DNA of 64,000 bases, taken from NCBI RefSeq assembly GCF_016433145.1, contig NC_058133.1, positions 172,480,514 through 172,544,513 of the forward strand. Reading direction: 5' to 3'. Below the pieces are notes generated by a model. That model was not told where the DNA came from and ran no database searches. It saw only the letters and a program-made list of their open reading frames with translations. The position numbers were made by a program, and so were the translations under genes. Source of the DNA: Gracilinanus agilis (Eukaryota). Positions 1-11,909 of the stretch are shown here, piece by piece. Within the stretch, counting starts at the first letter, position 1. Each line of letters starts with the position of its first letter.

Positions 1-899
1 AGTCCATGGTTCCCCTTTCTGAGTGTTCTACCCACTAGGAACTTTCGTGAGGTTGGTGGACATCTTCCTATTGGCACCCAACATGGGGCAAGATAAGAGG
101 TATTCAAGTTAGTTAGAAGGAAAGGCAGGTTGGACCAAAGAATCCTGTATGGTTTCTGCCTCTAATGCTGTTCTCACTGTATTCCAAGTTAGCCAGACCA
201 CTGGTGCGACTTTTAAATCCCTTTTCTTAAAGACTGTCCCATTAGGTCTCATTGCTGTACATTGAGTACCCCTACTTCTGGGACCCCAGGATAACATTGC
301 AAGATTACCTTAATTAATGCCTGAAAGTTTAGCTTCTGTCACTCTATATCCTTGTCTCTGTATTAAAGATTTTACATATGTTACATATGTTAATTGATTG
401 TTATTGGTAAAATAAGGAGACTGAGCTCAGGTAAGGGCTAGGAATTTGAGGTTAAGGTTCAATTTAACTCAAGGTTACAGAAACCAATCATAAGAAATAT
501 CATAAGAGTCAGTTTTTTGAGCACCCCCTAAAATATCAAGATTAATATATGCCTGGACTCCTACACTCCTCAAAGGAAATCTTCCTGACTGAGTGCTATA
601 TAAGTTGTGTCCCTCTAGTAGGATGTAACTCCTTGAGGTCAGGGACTTTGGAGGTATATCCCCCAGCACCTAGCAGAGTGCTTTGCATGTGCTAATAATT
701 GCCTTAGCAAATTATGGAGTTGAATTGAGAAGGGAAGGAGAAAGGAATTGGGGTATGTTTGAGCAGAAAATCTCCAGCTTGTCTCAGATATCCATTCCAG
801 GGACTCTGAAACCATAAAATCATAAAGGTGCCCTTATTGTCTGTTCCACATAAGTCCTGCTATATTTGGTTCAAAGCTTCTTGCTCTATTATGCCACAC

Positions 900-1083
900 A
901 TTGTGACCCTTATTAGTATGAGAATCATACCAGTTGCATTCTGCCTCATCCTTTTTTGGGCTCTGTCTTTTCTGAATGAGTATCTGGAAACTTCCCCTGA
1001 GGTTATCAGGGCCAGAGGGGGGCCTAGTGATGAATAGGTAATCCTTAAAACCAACATACTATTAGAGCTAGAAGGGACCTTTG
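900..1083 (+). repeat. Donor copy of 184-bp local direct duplication
   Basis: Matches 5340-5522 with about 4 differences; continues into an intact MIR. Confidence 0.92.
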
Positions 1084-3153
1084 AAAGCATCCTATCCTTT
1101 TACAGAGGAGGAAACTGAGACCAAGAAGGAAGGGAAATTACTTACCCAAGGTCACTCAGGTAGTAAGTTTGAGGGCTAGGGCCAAACTCAGATTACCTTA
1201 CTCCTAATTCTTTATTCTTTACAATAGTCCACAGTGTCACTTCTAATGAGCAACAATCAAAAAGGGCCCTACCTTCCCTGGAAGAGCTGCAGAAATGAAA
1301 ACAGAAAACTTCCTTTTCCTTTTTCTTAATATAAAATAAAGTCTTCCACAAGTAACCTTGAGACCTGAAGGGCTTTGCCAGTTGCCAAGAGAGCTGGATT
1401 GGGTCTGTGTGACTCAATGTGTTGTCTTAGGCAATTCAGGCATCCTTCTTTGCTTTCTTCTCTGTGGCATCTTTAATAGTCCCTGCCCCATTTGTCCCCA
1501 AGTTTGAGGCACAACTGCACAATAGAGGACTCGGGTTGCTAAGGAAGAGAACATTCTGTGGCTGACCTAGGTGTGACATACATCTCCATCCAGCTCCTTA
1601 CTTTCACTCTCCATCTGTTTTGATTTGAAATGTGTTCAGTTGTAGAGCAGGCTGAGAAAGATTCTTTTTGGACTATGAGAAAGGTGCTCTCTTCTGATTT
1701 AGGAGCAGCCCTGGCAGGCTTCATGTAGGTTTAGGAGTTTACCACCATTTTGGTGCAAAGTTCATAGTGGTCCATAGTGGATCCAAAGGTGTAGTGACTA
1801 AATATCAGTATTCAAAACAAAACAATAAAAATGCTGGTCAAGGAAGCATCTTCAGAAGGTAAATCTTAAGGCCAAGCTTTATTTCAAAAGGTTGATTAGG
1901 CTTCCAGCTCATGTTAGATGACAGTGGTGAGGGATTTAGGGAATAAAGTAAACAGCAAAAGTAAAAGAAGAGTGCCAGCAGTTTGTGGTAATTTCATTTT
2001 AACTGGCGGAATAATAATATGAGGTGATGAGATAAGGCCATCAAGGCAGGGTGGCACCATTTTGCAGAGGTCCTCAAGTGCTGGGGAAAAGAGATTGGGC
2101 TTTATTTGGTAGACAATAGGGAGCCACCAAAGGATTTTGAGCAAAGCAGTGACATGATTAAAGATGTGCTATAGGAATGTTGTTCTCAGCTGGTATAGAG
2201 TTTAAATTGGATTGGGGTGGTAAAGAGTAGTTATTTCTATTGCTGTTGTTATAACTTCTTTTGGTGATTGATCCACTTGCCAAGTTCCTCTCCATGGTGC
2301 TCTGATGTGGGGCAGTCTTTTGGTTTTCACTTGGATTGGGTCATAGTGAATGAATGAATTTATGAATGAAGCAGTTATTAAGCACTTAGTACGTGTCAAG
2401 CACTGTAGTAAGTCTTGTTGTTTGGTCATTTTGGTCATACCTGACTCTTCCTGACCCCATTTGGTGTTTTCTTGGCAGAGATACTGGAGAGGTTTCTCAT
2501 TTCCTTCTCCAGCTCATTTGACAGACAAGATGCTGATGCATACAGGGTTAAGTGACTTGCCCAGGGTCACATGGCTAGTTAATATTTGACCTCAGGAAGG
2601 TGAGTCATCTTGACTCCAGGCCCAGTGCTCCATTCATTGGGCAACTTTAGCTGCTTTAGTAAGATCTAAGGATACAAATAGAAAAAAATGAGATAGTCCT
2701 TGTCCTGTAGGAATTTACATTCTAATATAGAGGAAATGTGGTAACCTTGAGAGATTTTGGTTCGGAATGTTCCTGCCCTGGTTCTGGAAGCCTTAGGGAA
2801 GTAAATTGACTCTCAAACCCTTTTTAGGAGGAATGACATAGTAGATTTGATTGTGGTTCCAGAACTGAAGGGAGTTGGGAGTGATTACACTGGGTGACAG
2901 CAAGGTGGTTGTCAAGGAGGTAGAACATTAAGCATGACTGGAGTGTGAAGAACTGTATGCAGTGGACAATTGAAGCCACTTCCATTCAGGAGAGGTGAAA
3001 GGGTGATTATGTCCACCCACAGTGGGCAGGCACTGCCTTTATCTGGGAAGCAGCACTTCCATAAAGGAGAAGACAAGTAGAGACTACACTATATGCACCC
3101 ATGTGTATCTGGCTTCCAAGAAGCCCAGCATTGCAAGTTCAGGTTTATTCCAG

Positions 3154-3176
3154 ATATGGACTCAGGAAAACACCAA
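3154..3176 (+). CDS. MYO19: Candidate ATG-bearing micro-exon of MYO19 (MDSGKHQ)
   Basis: ttattccag| acceptor, ATG at 3156, 21 coding nt, strong phase-0 donor |gtgagt compatible with exon 6384; little similarity to eutherian MLQQ. Confidence 0.3.
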
Positions 3177-3505
3177 GTGAGTCCTGGACAAGTCTTATTT
3201 GCTGGACAGGACCCAGCCTGGCCATGTGTCTAGTTGGTCTGTGTATAGCTCCACTCCCTTCAGAACAAGAACCATTACAGGCCAGGGGAACAAGGCCAGC
3301 ATTGTCTTCTGAGAGCCATGGGGCTCCTCTACCCTTTTTCAGGGTGACATTCACTGCTGGGCCTAGGAAGGAAACACCACATTGTGGAGAGAAAGAGGAG
3401 AAAGGGTAGGGAGTATCCTCCTTAGCTCACCAAACAGGAGGGGCCAGCATTGAGGAGGGGGAAGTCTGCGTTAACTGGACAGGTTCTGGGGGAAAGAAAA
3501 TTTTA

Positions 3506-3734
3506 CTTTATTATTATTATTTTATTATCTTAAATCCTCACCTTCCATCTTAGAATCAATACTGTATATTAGTTGTAAGGCAGAAGAGTGGTAAGGGTTA
3601 GGCAATGGGGTTCAAGTGTCTTGACCAGGGTCACAAAGCCAGGAAGTATCTGGGGCCAGATTTGCACCTAGAACTCCCCCCCCCCCTTCTCTAGGGTTCC
3701 TGGCTCTTGGTCTACTGAGCCACCCAGTTGCCCC
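3506..3734 (-). mobile_element. SINE1-type element
   Basis: Same consensus as 12985-13217; agaaaa(a)tttta flanking duplication. Confidence 0.85.
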
Positions 3735-3867
3735 AGAAAAATTTTAAAGTATCAGAAAGTAGGCTGTCCAAACTACAGGGCTCTCAGACATCTGTTTGAA
3801 ACCCACCCCCCACCCTTCTCTCTCTCTCTCCCTCCCTCCCTCCCCCCCAATCCCTTAATTAAAAAAA

Positions 3868-4084
3868 AATTTTTTTTAACCCATTACCTTCTGTCTTAGA
3901 ATTAGTAGTGTGTATTGGTTCCAAGGCAGAAGAGCAGTAAGAGCTAGGCAATGGGGATTAAATGACTTACCCAGGGTCACACATCTAAGCAGTGTCTGAG
4001 GACTAATTTGAACTCAGAACCTCCCTTCTCTAGGGCTTCTTCCATTTAGGTACCTCCAATCCACCAAGCCACCTAGTTGCCCCC
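3868..4084 (-). mobile_element. SINE1-type element
   Basis: ccaaggcagaagagcagtaagagctaggcaatggg consensus, gcccc head. Confidence 0.85.
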
Positions 4085-4109
4085 TCCCTACCTTTAACTC
4101 TTTTTTTTT

Positions 4110-4690
4110 TATTTAGAATATTTTTCTGTGATTCATGAATCTACTCTTTCCTCCCCCCTCCCTAAGCTGACAAGCAGTTCCACGGGGTTATACATGTGTC
4201 ATCGTTCAAAAGCTATTTCCATGTTATTCATATTTGCAGTAGAGTGCTCTTTTAACATCAAAACCCTAATAATATCCATATTGAGCTACATGACCAATCA
4301 TATGTTTTTCTTCTGTGTTTCTGTTCCCACAATTTTTTCTGGATTTGGATAGCGTTCTTTCTCATAAATTCTTCTGGATTGTCCCGTATCATTGTATTGC
4401 TGCTAGTAGAGAAGTCTATTACATTTGATTGTGCCACAGTGTATCAGTCTCTGTGTACAATGTTCTCCTGGTTCTGCTCCTTTCACTCCGCATCAATTCC
4501 TGGAGGTCCTTCCAGTTCACATGGAATTCCTCCAGTTCATTATTCCTTTCAGTGCAACAGATACCACAATTTATTCAGCCATTCCCCAATCGAAGGACAC
4601 GCCCTCATTTTCTAATTTTTTGCTGCTACAAAGAGTGAGGCTATAAATATTTTTGTACAAGTCTTTTTCCTTATTATTTCTTTGGGATAC
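4110..4690 (-). mobile_element. L1 3' end fragment
   Basis: Antisense ORF2 C-terminus (IPLLGLYPKE, CTKIFIASLFVAAKN) plus 3' UTR and poly-T. Confidence 0.88.
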
Positions 4691-5339
4691 AAACCCAACA
4701 GTGGTATCCCACCCTTAACTCTTGAAGTGATGAAGATAAGAGAGGGAGGGAGGAAATAATTAGATTTTGTCAATTGGGCAGGAAATTGACCTCTGTACAA
4801 AAATCATTGGTTGCAGAGTCATCCCTAGACTTAAAACAATCACTCTTAGGTTGTTACCTAAGAATACCTAGGAATGGGAAGAGATGTGCCCTGTTCAGTC
4901 CATGCTTTTACAGGCCAGGTCCTTGGTCCTTGTGACTAAGCTTACAGAATTGATAGCAGAGCTAAATGTCAGCAACCTGCCCTCCAGTAAGGCAGAGGAG
5001 CCTTTTATTGTCTTGGCCTCTTGAACTTAAGGGCTTAAAACAGCTGACCAACCCCCAAGTTTCCATACTTGTAGAGGTGGTATAGCCTGCACTCATTTTG
5101 ACTTTCAACATCATCTTCAGATCTGAGTACCTTAATTTCTAACTATTTCAATTCCACAAACATTTATTGAGCACCTATTCTAAGGCAGTCACTCTCTAGG
5201 CTCTGGGGATACAAAGACAAAAAGGAAATAGAGCCTGTCCTCAAGAAGCTTATATTCTACTGGAAGGGAGCCACATGGACACAGATTTTTTAGATTACAA
5301 AGTAACTTTTGGAGCTTTTTTTAGGAGGGGAGAAATACA

Positions 5340-5676
5340 ATTGTGACCCTTATTAGTATGAGAATCAAACCAGTTGCATTCTGCCTCATCCTTTTTTGGG
5401 CTCTGTCTTTTCTGAATGAGTATCTGGAAACTTCCCCTGAGATTATCAGGGCCAGAGGGGGCCTAGTGATGAATAGGTAATCCTTAAAACCAACATACTA
5501 TTAGAGCTGGAAGGGACCTTTGCCTATTCATGTCTCTTGCCCATTTATCAATTGGGGAATGGCTTGATTTTTTTATACAATTGATTTAACTCCTTGTATA
5601 TTTGAGTAATTAGACCCCTGTCAGAGTTTTTTGTTATAAAGATTTTTTCCCAATTTGTTGTTTCCTTTCTGATTTT
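5340..5676. repeat. Duplicate copy (5340-5522) fused to antisense L1 ORF2 fragment (5523-5676)
   Basis: Direct sequence match; L1 piece cccatttatcaattgggg is the reverse of the ORF2 region at ~31100-31210. Confidence 0.85.
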
Positions 5677-6325
5677 GTAGGAAGGGATCTAGGGTTCCAG
5701 GAGGTCAAGAGGAGGAGAACATGCCAAACTTCTGGGAAGACAATTATTCCCTTCTTTTTCACTCCTGTGATTCAAGATGAAGGGAAGGGAGAGGGAAGGC
5801 TATGAACTGGTGTGGATGAGATTGACTAGTAGAAGGGGAGATGGAAACATGAAGAATGTCAGCAACCAAATTAGGGCAAGAAAGGAACTTTGCTCCAACT
5901 AGATAATGGATCTGTGTCTCCATGAACTGATGTTCTAAAGAACAATTTCTTTAGAAAAATCTTGGAGGGAAGACATGGGTTTTAATTTATAACCTTTTTA
6001 TTTTATAATATTTTAACCTTGTAATTTATATCCTTTTCAGAGTTTATACTTTTGCCCTCCCTTGGTTCCTTCCCTTCCTTCCTCTCCTCTCTTCTCCCTG
6101 GTCTGTTTGCTGGCCAGCCTTACTTACTTACTAATGAGGACAGAAAGGCTCCCAGACCCCTGGCTGGTTTGGGGTTTTACACAAATAGCTGTTAGTGGCA
6201 GCTTACCTGTGTGTTTGTTTGCGAATCAAGTCCAGGCACAGTCTGCATATTCAAGGATTTGAACTGGTCAGGGATTTTTAGCAATGCCTTGAACTTTTCT
6301 CTACTAGTTAGAGGAAAAGTAAGGG

Positions 6326-6345
6326 TATATATATATATATATATA
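6326..6345. repeat. (TA)n microsatellite just upstream of the first located MYO19 exon
   Basis: Directly visible. Confidence 0.9.
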
Positions 6346-6383
6346 ATCCAGCACCCATTTGCCCTCTCATTTCCACTTCACAG

Positions 6384-6519
6384 GTCAATGGCCAAAAAAC
6401 AGACTCCCTTTCTGGCAGTGACCCTCTCAGGGAAGATCTACAAGTTTTCCTGGAGAGCGAGGTCCAGTTGGCTGAGTTGGATGATCTCACAAAGGTGAAT
6501 CCTGTGACTCCAGCAACAG
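6384..6519 (+). CDS. MYO19: Myosin XIX coding exon (first securely located; VNGQKTDSLSGSDPLREDLQVFLESEVQLAELDDLTKVNPVTPAT)
   Basis: cag| acceptor, |gtaggg donor; translation matches recalled MYO19 N-terminus (VNG...LREDLQEFL...LDDLTRVNPVT); 136 nt, phase 0->1. Confidence 0.93.
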
Positions 6520-6875
6520 GTAGGGAGCAAGCCTCTGACAAGGTGGGAGGACTTGGGGGTAATGGGTCCATTTTCCTTAGAAGGACCCAAAGCCAAGTTG
6601 GTGGGACCTGGAATTCCAAGCTAGGACTGCCGATTCAGATCTCATCAGTCATCAGAGAACTTCCTCAGGTTGGGTCTCAGAGCTAGGGCCATTCCTAAGA
6701 GGGCTTCATTTTAATTAGATCTGAGCAGAATCTGCAGAAAAACGTACATAAAATGGCATCTGACTAATTATAAGAGAGGAGGATCAGTTAGAGTGGTGGC
6801 TGGGTGGTTATGTGGGTGTGTATGCTGTATTCATTTACTCTAGCACTTCTTCAATTAATGGTGCATTTGTCTCAG

Positions 6876-7024
6876 TCCTGAAGTGTCTGCAGGAGAGGTA
6901 CCACATGGATGTGTTCTACACCAATGCCGGCTGCACTCTTGTGGCTCTGAACCCCTTTAAACCTGTCCCTTACCTCTATTGCCCTGAGCTGATGAAGGAC
7001 TACCACGTAGCACCTCAACTCCAG
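6876..7024 (+). CDS. MYO19: MYO19 exon (VLKCLQERYHMDVFYTNAGCTLVALNPFKPVPYLYCPELMKDYHVAPQLQ)
   Basis: ctcag| acceptor; myosin N-terminal YT..G..LVALNPFK motif; phase-0 end at CAG|GCAAGC (GC donor). Confidence 0.93.
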
Positions 7025-7502
7025 GCAAGCTTTGCTCACTCCTTCCCTCCTTTTCCTTTTTGGGTCAAGTAGCAACAAGCATCAGCCCAAATACTGTGCT
7101 TAGTCCAGGGGGAGAATCACCTGAGAGGTCCCTCATCCTAGAGTTGCTGACTTTCTTAAGTCCAATGCAACTCCTGGAGGGGGCAGGTAGAGAAAGCAGA
7201 GTGAAATCTTTTGTTAAATCAACATACAGAAGGCTGGAAAAATGTTCTCTTGGTCAGGTTGTGTGTCTGAGGTAGAAAGCAGGAAAAGGGGCAGGGAGAG
7301 AAGTGAGAGGCATTCCATTTCCAGATTGGGAAGGCTCGGACACAATCTCTGATCTATCCGGGAAGTCTTCCTGCCATGCTGGGGTGGGGGTGGGGAGAGA
7401 GAGGAATGCTTTGCCTATCTTAGCATTCACCCAGTGGTTTTTGTTTCAGAGGAGAGTTCCTTTGCGTGTCCCTTAATGTGCTGGTTTCCTTGGGTTTTTC
7501 AG

Positions 7503-7616
7503 AAACTAAAGCCTCACATCTTCACCGTGGGCGAACAGACCTACAGGAATGTCAAGAGCTTGCTAGAACCTGTCAACCAGTCCATCATTGTTAGTGGGGA
7601 GAGTGGAGCAGGGAAG
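7503..7616 (+). CDS. MYO19: MYO19 exon with P-loop (KLKPHIF...NQSIIVSGESGAGK)
   Basis: ttttcag| and |gtaaag; 114 nt; GESGAGK P-loop. Confidence 0.97.
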
Positions 7617-8829
7617 GTAAAGAAACATGCTTTGTCTTTGTCAGATTGTCTACCCAGATTAGAAACCCCAGCTCTTTTTTAGGAGCGTATTTGATTGCTT
7701 TCTCAGTTCCTTGATCAGTCAACCCTGTAGTAGGAGAGGCAGGAAGGGAAGGGAATAGGCATTAAATGCTTACTGTGTGCTAGGTGCCTTTCAAGTGTTA
7801 TCTCATTTGATTTTCACAATAACCTAGGGAGGGAGGTGCTATAATTATCCCTCATTTACAGTTGAAGAAACTGAAGTAAACAAGTGAAATGACTTTCCCA
7901 GGGTCACATAGCTAGGAAATATCTGCAGCTAGATTTGAACTCGGGCCTTCCTAACTCCAGGCCCAAGGCTCTATCTACTGGACTACCCACCACCCTAGAA
8001 AGAACAGGTAGTCAGGAGACACCTATGTCCTAGGCCTGGCCCTGCTACTCACTTGGTGAATAAGTTTTTGCAAGTTAGGGTCCCACTTTGTGCCTCAGTT
8101 TCCCTATCTGTGCAATATCAGAATTGATCTAGATGAGCACCCTTTTTATTCTAACATTCTGTGATTTCATGCTCTATCTGATTTTGGATTTTTGTCCTTG
8201 GGGCCTTGCTGGGTCCCCTCCTCCTCCAAGCCTCCAAGGTTATGGGAAGGGCTCCATGCTGGCTGATGGAGATGGGAGGGAACCACCAAGAAGGTGTTAC
8301 TTTCAAGACGGAGGCTCCTGGCTGGCATACCAGGGAAGATTTCACAAGGCTGAAAGCCAGAGTGGCATAACCAGTCCAAGCAGGCCTACCTCAGAACTCC
8401 GCCAGGGACAGGCTGACTGCTACGCTCCCTGCCCTCACCTCAACTTGCTTGCCTTCTCAGCAATTTAAAATTCCCTTTCAGTCTGTGATCTCATTTGATC
8501 CCCACACTCTCCACATTCCTGAGAAGTGGGCAGGGCAGGCCTCCTCCTGGGGAGAAAACAGGCCTGCTTGGAGAAAGTCGATAACCTGAGGGGGGCCTCC
8601 CAGCAACCTCTACGAGAAAATGGCCCTCCTGGGGCCAATTTCATCAGGTCATCCCTGATCTGATGAAATTGGCCCCAGAAGGGCCTCTCCAGGGCACGCC
8701 ATTGTGGCAGACCTTGCCTGTTTCCCTGTCCTGGCTGTCTTTCCTACTGATGTGTTCTGCCTCAGCACCTCTTTTTCTTTGTTTCATGGCTTCAGCTCAT
8801 ATTGCTCCTTCTGCAGAAGGCCTTTTCTG

Positions 8830-8855
8830 TCACACACACACACACACACACACAC

Positions 8856-8894
<39 letters not shown>
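8830..8894. repeat. Compound (CA)n(CT)n microsatellite
   Basis: Directly visible. Confidence 0.95.
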
Positions 8895-8897
<3 letters not shown>

Positions 8898-8974
8898 AAT
8901 AACTGCATATAGCTTGTGTGTACCTAGTCATTTACATGTTGTCTGTTCAAGACCATACGTTCCTTCAGGGCATA

Positions 8975-9370
8975 TAGCATACAGCAACAGAAATATTGTT
9001 CGATGATCAGTCTTGAAGACTAAACTATTATCAGCAAAAACAAGGTTCTAAGATAACCCCAAGAGACTCATGATTTTTTAAAAAAGTGCTAACCCCATCC
9101 AAAGAAGGAACTGTTGGAGTTTGATTGCTGATCAAAGCATGTCATCTCCTATTTTATTTCCTTGATGAGTTTTCTATTGTATGTGTGATATGTACCTTTA
9201 GTCATAACATGGGGAACATGAAAATACGTATTGCATGAAAGTGCTGATGTAACTTATATCAGACTCTAGTGCCTTGGGGAGACCCAGAGGGCAGAGGAAA
9301 AATCTGAATCAAGAAATTTCAGGAAAAAATTGTCAAAAATTGTTTCTACATGTAATTGAAAAAAGAATAA
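8975..9370 (+). mobile_element. Old L1 3'-UTR fragment
   Basis: Resembles 3' UTR at 31790-32390 (ccatccaaagaaggaactgttggagt). Confidence 0.6.
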
Positions 9371-9519
9371 ATGTTCCTTGAGGTCCAGGATGATATTTTT
9401 ACCTTTTTTTTTTTATTCCCAGTGCCTGGCACAGTAAAAGACTTATTAACTGACAGACCTATGACAGGGTCTGGGAAAGTTCTTGGACATAACTTCCATA
9501 AGGCTGTCTTCCTCTGCAG

Positions 9520-9652
9520 ACTTGGACATCTCGGTGCCTGATGAAGTTTTATGCCACAGTCGCTAATCCCTCTGCCTCTCAAGAGAGCCACGAGACAGTG
9601 GAGAGAATTGAGAAGAGAGTCCTGGATTCTAATCCAGTCATGGAGGCTTTTG
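9520..9652 (+). CDS. MYO19: MYO19 exon (TWTSRCLMKFYATVANPSASQESHETVERIEERVLDSNPVMEAF)
   Basis: ctgcag| and |gtaatc; 133 nt; GKTWTS junction characteristic of MYO19; NPVMEAFG motif. Confidence 0.97.
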
Positions 9653-10252
9653 GTAATCCCCCCCACCCCCCACCCCGGGCCCTCCTTAGCTGACTGAGGA
9701 CACAGCCTTCCATCTGTCCTCTCCAGCACCCTGTGATCCAGGGGCTCCCTCGACTTAGACAAACACAGGCAACAATGCTATCTCTGTAAGTTGGCTACAT
9801 TAACAGCACCACAGGTCAGGAAAAAGACATTGGGGAGGAACCTTGGCTGTTCTTTGGACACCAGACTACAACCATTGAACCAATCCTATGTTTAAAGACT
9901 ATGTTTCCCCACTTTAAGAGAGGGGACCTTCTTGCCTCCCCTAGTTGTCCATTTCAATACTGCAGATTTCTTCTTGCCAGGAAATCCTAACTTTTATCTA
10001 GCCTGAATCCCCCTTTTTTCAGCCTGTACCCTTCCCCCCAACCTGTCCCTTATGACTAGAGGACAGGTAGCCCCTCTCTCCAAATGGGAACCTATCTTGA
10101 TGGAGACCTTGTTGGGAGGGGAAGGGCCTAAAGAGATCTCCCACTGACTTCATCCTGGGGTGTGGTAGCTAAAAGGTCTGGCCTCTGAGAAGGAAGGCAG
10201 GACCCTGTGACAGAGGGGAGAGGAGAATATGGTGACTTTCTTTCTTTTCCAG

Positions 10253-10322
10253 GAAATGCTTGTACTCTCCGCAATAGCAACAGCAGCCGTTTTGGAAAGT
10301 ACATCCAGCTTCAGCTGAACAG
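10253..10322 (+). CDS. MYO19: MYO19 exon with switch I (GNACTLRNSNSSRFGKYIQLQLNR)
   Basis: ttttccag| and |gtaaaa; 70 nt; NSSRFGK switch I. Confidence 0.97.
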
Positions 10323-11055
10323 GTAAAAAAAAAAAAAAAACAGGTTTTGGGCCACTGCTTTGGGTCACCTCTGGGAGGGATCCAGAGCAAGACTACTGAA
10401 GAAAGGTGTGACCTGGCCACTGTGACCCCTCTGGCCCTTATTTTGCAGAGAGTAGACTGGCCAGGACATAGCAGTTTGAGTTGGACTGGTGTCCCTATAA
10501 ATGAGGAGCTCCACTGGCATGACAGGGCACAAGAATAGGAGTCTGGAGGAAGGGAGGACCAGCAGAACTTCTACAGGAAAGCAGAGCTTCTCTTCTCAGA
10601 ACTTTGCTTATTCACAAGCTCCTCTTTCTGTCCTTATTTGCCTAACAGCTGTGGGTTCCCCAGCCCTGGTCTCCCCTTGCTTCCAGCCATTGACTTTGAG
10701 TTTTGGGCCTTATGGCTTATAGGACATTTATGCTCCCTGGACAGATTCAGGCAACTGCTGTCCCCTGGAGGCCTCGGGCCTTCACTAGAAATTTACAACC
10801 TGATCCATCCCAAAAAGAGAGATCACTGTGTCAGGGAGAATAGGATTCTCTGGCACTAAAATATATGTATTTATAAATTCACATGGGAAAAGTGGTCCTC
10901 CTTATACTCTCTTTGCATGCAGCATGGTGAGGAGGACCCCTAGACCTAGCAGTGGACCCCATCCTATCCACAGGCTTGGAGGGATCATGGTAAGACTATT
11001 AGTAACTAGCAGTCCTTGGGCTTTGCCATCCATATATTCACCTTTTATTCCTTAG

Positions 11056-11158
11056 AGCTCAGCAGATGACTGGAGCCTCTATCCAGACATACCTCCTGGA
11101 GAAAACTCGAGTTGCCTACCAAGCCCCACTGGAGAGGAATTTTCATATTTTCTATCAG
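11056..11158 (+). CDS. MYO19: MYO19 exon (AQQMTGASIQTYLLEKTRVAYQAPLERNFHIFYQ)
   Basis: cttag| and |gtctgt; 103 nt; YLLEKTRV and ERNFHIFYQ myosin motifs. Confidence 0.97.
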
Positions 11159-11909
11159 GTCTGTATGAGGCATTGAGTTCCAGAGTCCTGTCATGGGACT
11201 GTAAGTTATGATGCTCTTTCCTATAGATTTTAGAACTATTTATTTTTACAGCCCTCCAAGGGATCTACTACTCTCCTCACTACCCTTTTTTTTAGTCACC
11301 TCTTTTAGGATATTTTCCTAGACAAATTCCAACTGATTCTGTCCTCTTCTGTTATCCCATTGTTATTCCTAACACTTGTTTGTATATAGATCTATGCCTA
11401 ATTAACTGTCATATTTTTAAATAATAATGATAGCTAACATTAAATTACATGTTACAGTTAATAGAGTTCTCTTTACATTTGATCCTTAGGATTAGACCTA
11501 TGTTGTTGGAAAGACAAATATTATTCCTGTTTTGCAAATGAGATTACTAAAACTTAGAGTAAAGAATTTGCATAGTCATGTAGATGATAAGTAACAAACT
11601 CATGCTAGATATAGATCTTTTAATTGTGAATTCTGGAGTATCTACTGTCCAGATTGCAAGTATATGCCCCACCAGATTCCCATCAGATGGAAAAAGCTAG
11701 GGGAAAAATGAGGCAGTGTCCTGAAATATATACATTGTGGGGGAGGGACAGTTCAGAGCAAATCACCTCTGACTATGGGATTCTGATTGCTAAAGACTTA
11801 TTAACTAAGGAAGAATTTTTTATTGGAAAGTTTCATTCACATTTATTAGGTACCTGCCTGGTATAGAACACTGTGCTAAGTAATATGGGTCTAGCCCCTT
11901 ATCTTTATT

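Noticed and set aside
1-420. Possible PIGW or MYO19 promoter at window start
   Set aside because: No PIGW-like translation and no CpG island; the expected head-to-head promoter is probably upstream of the window.
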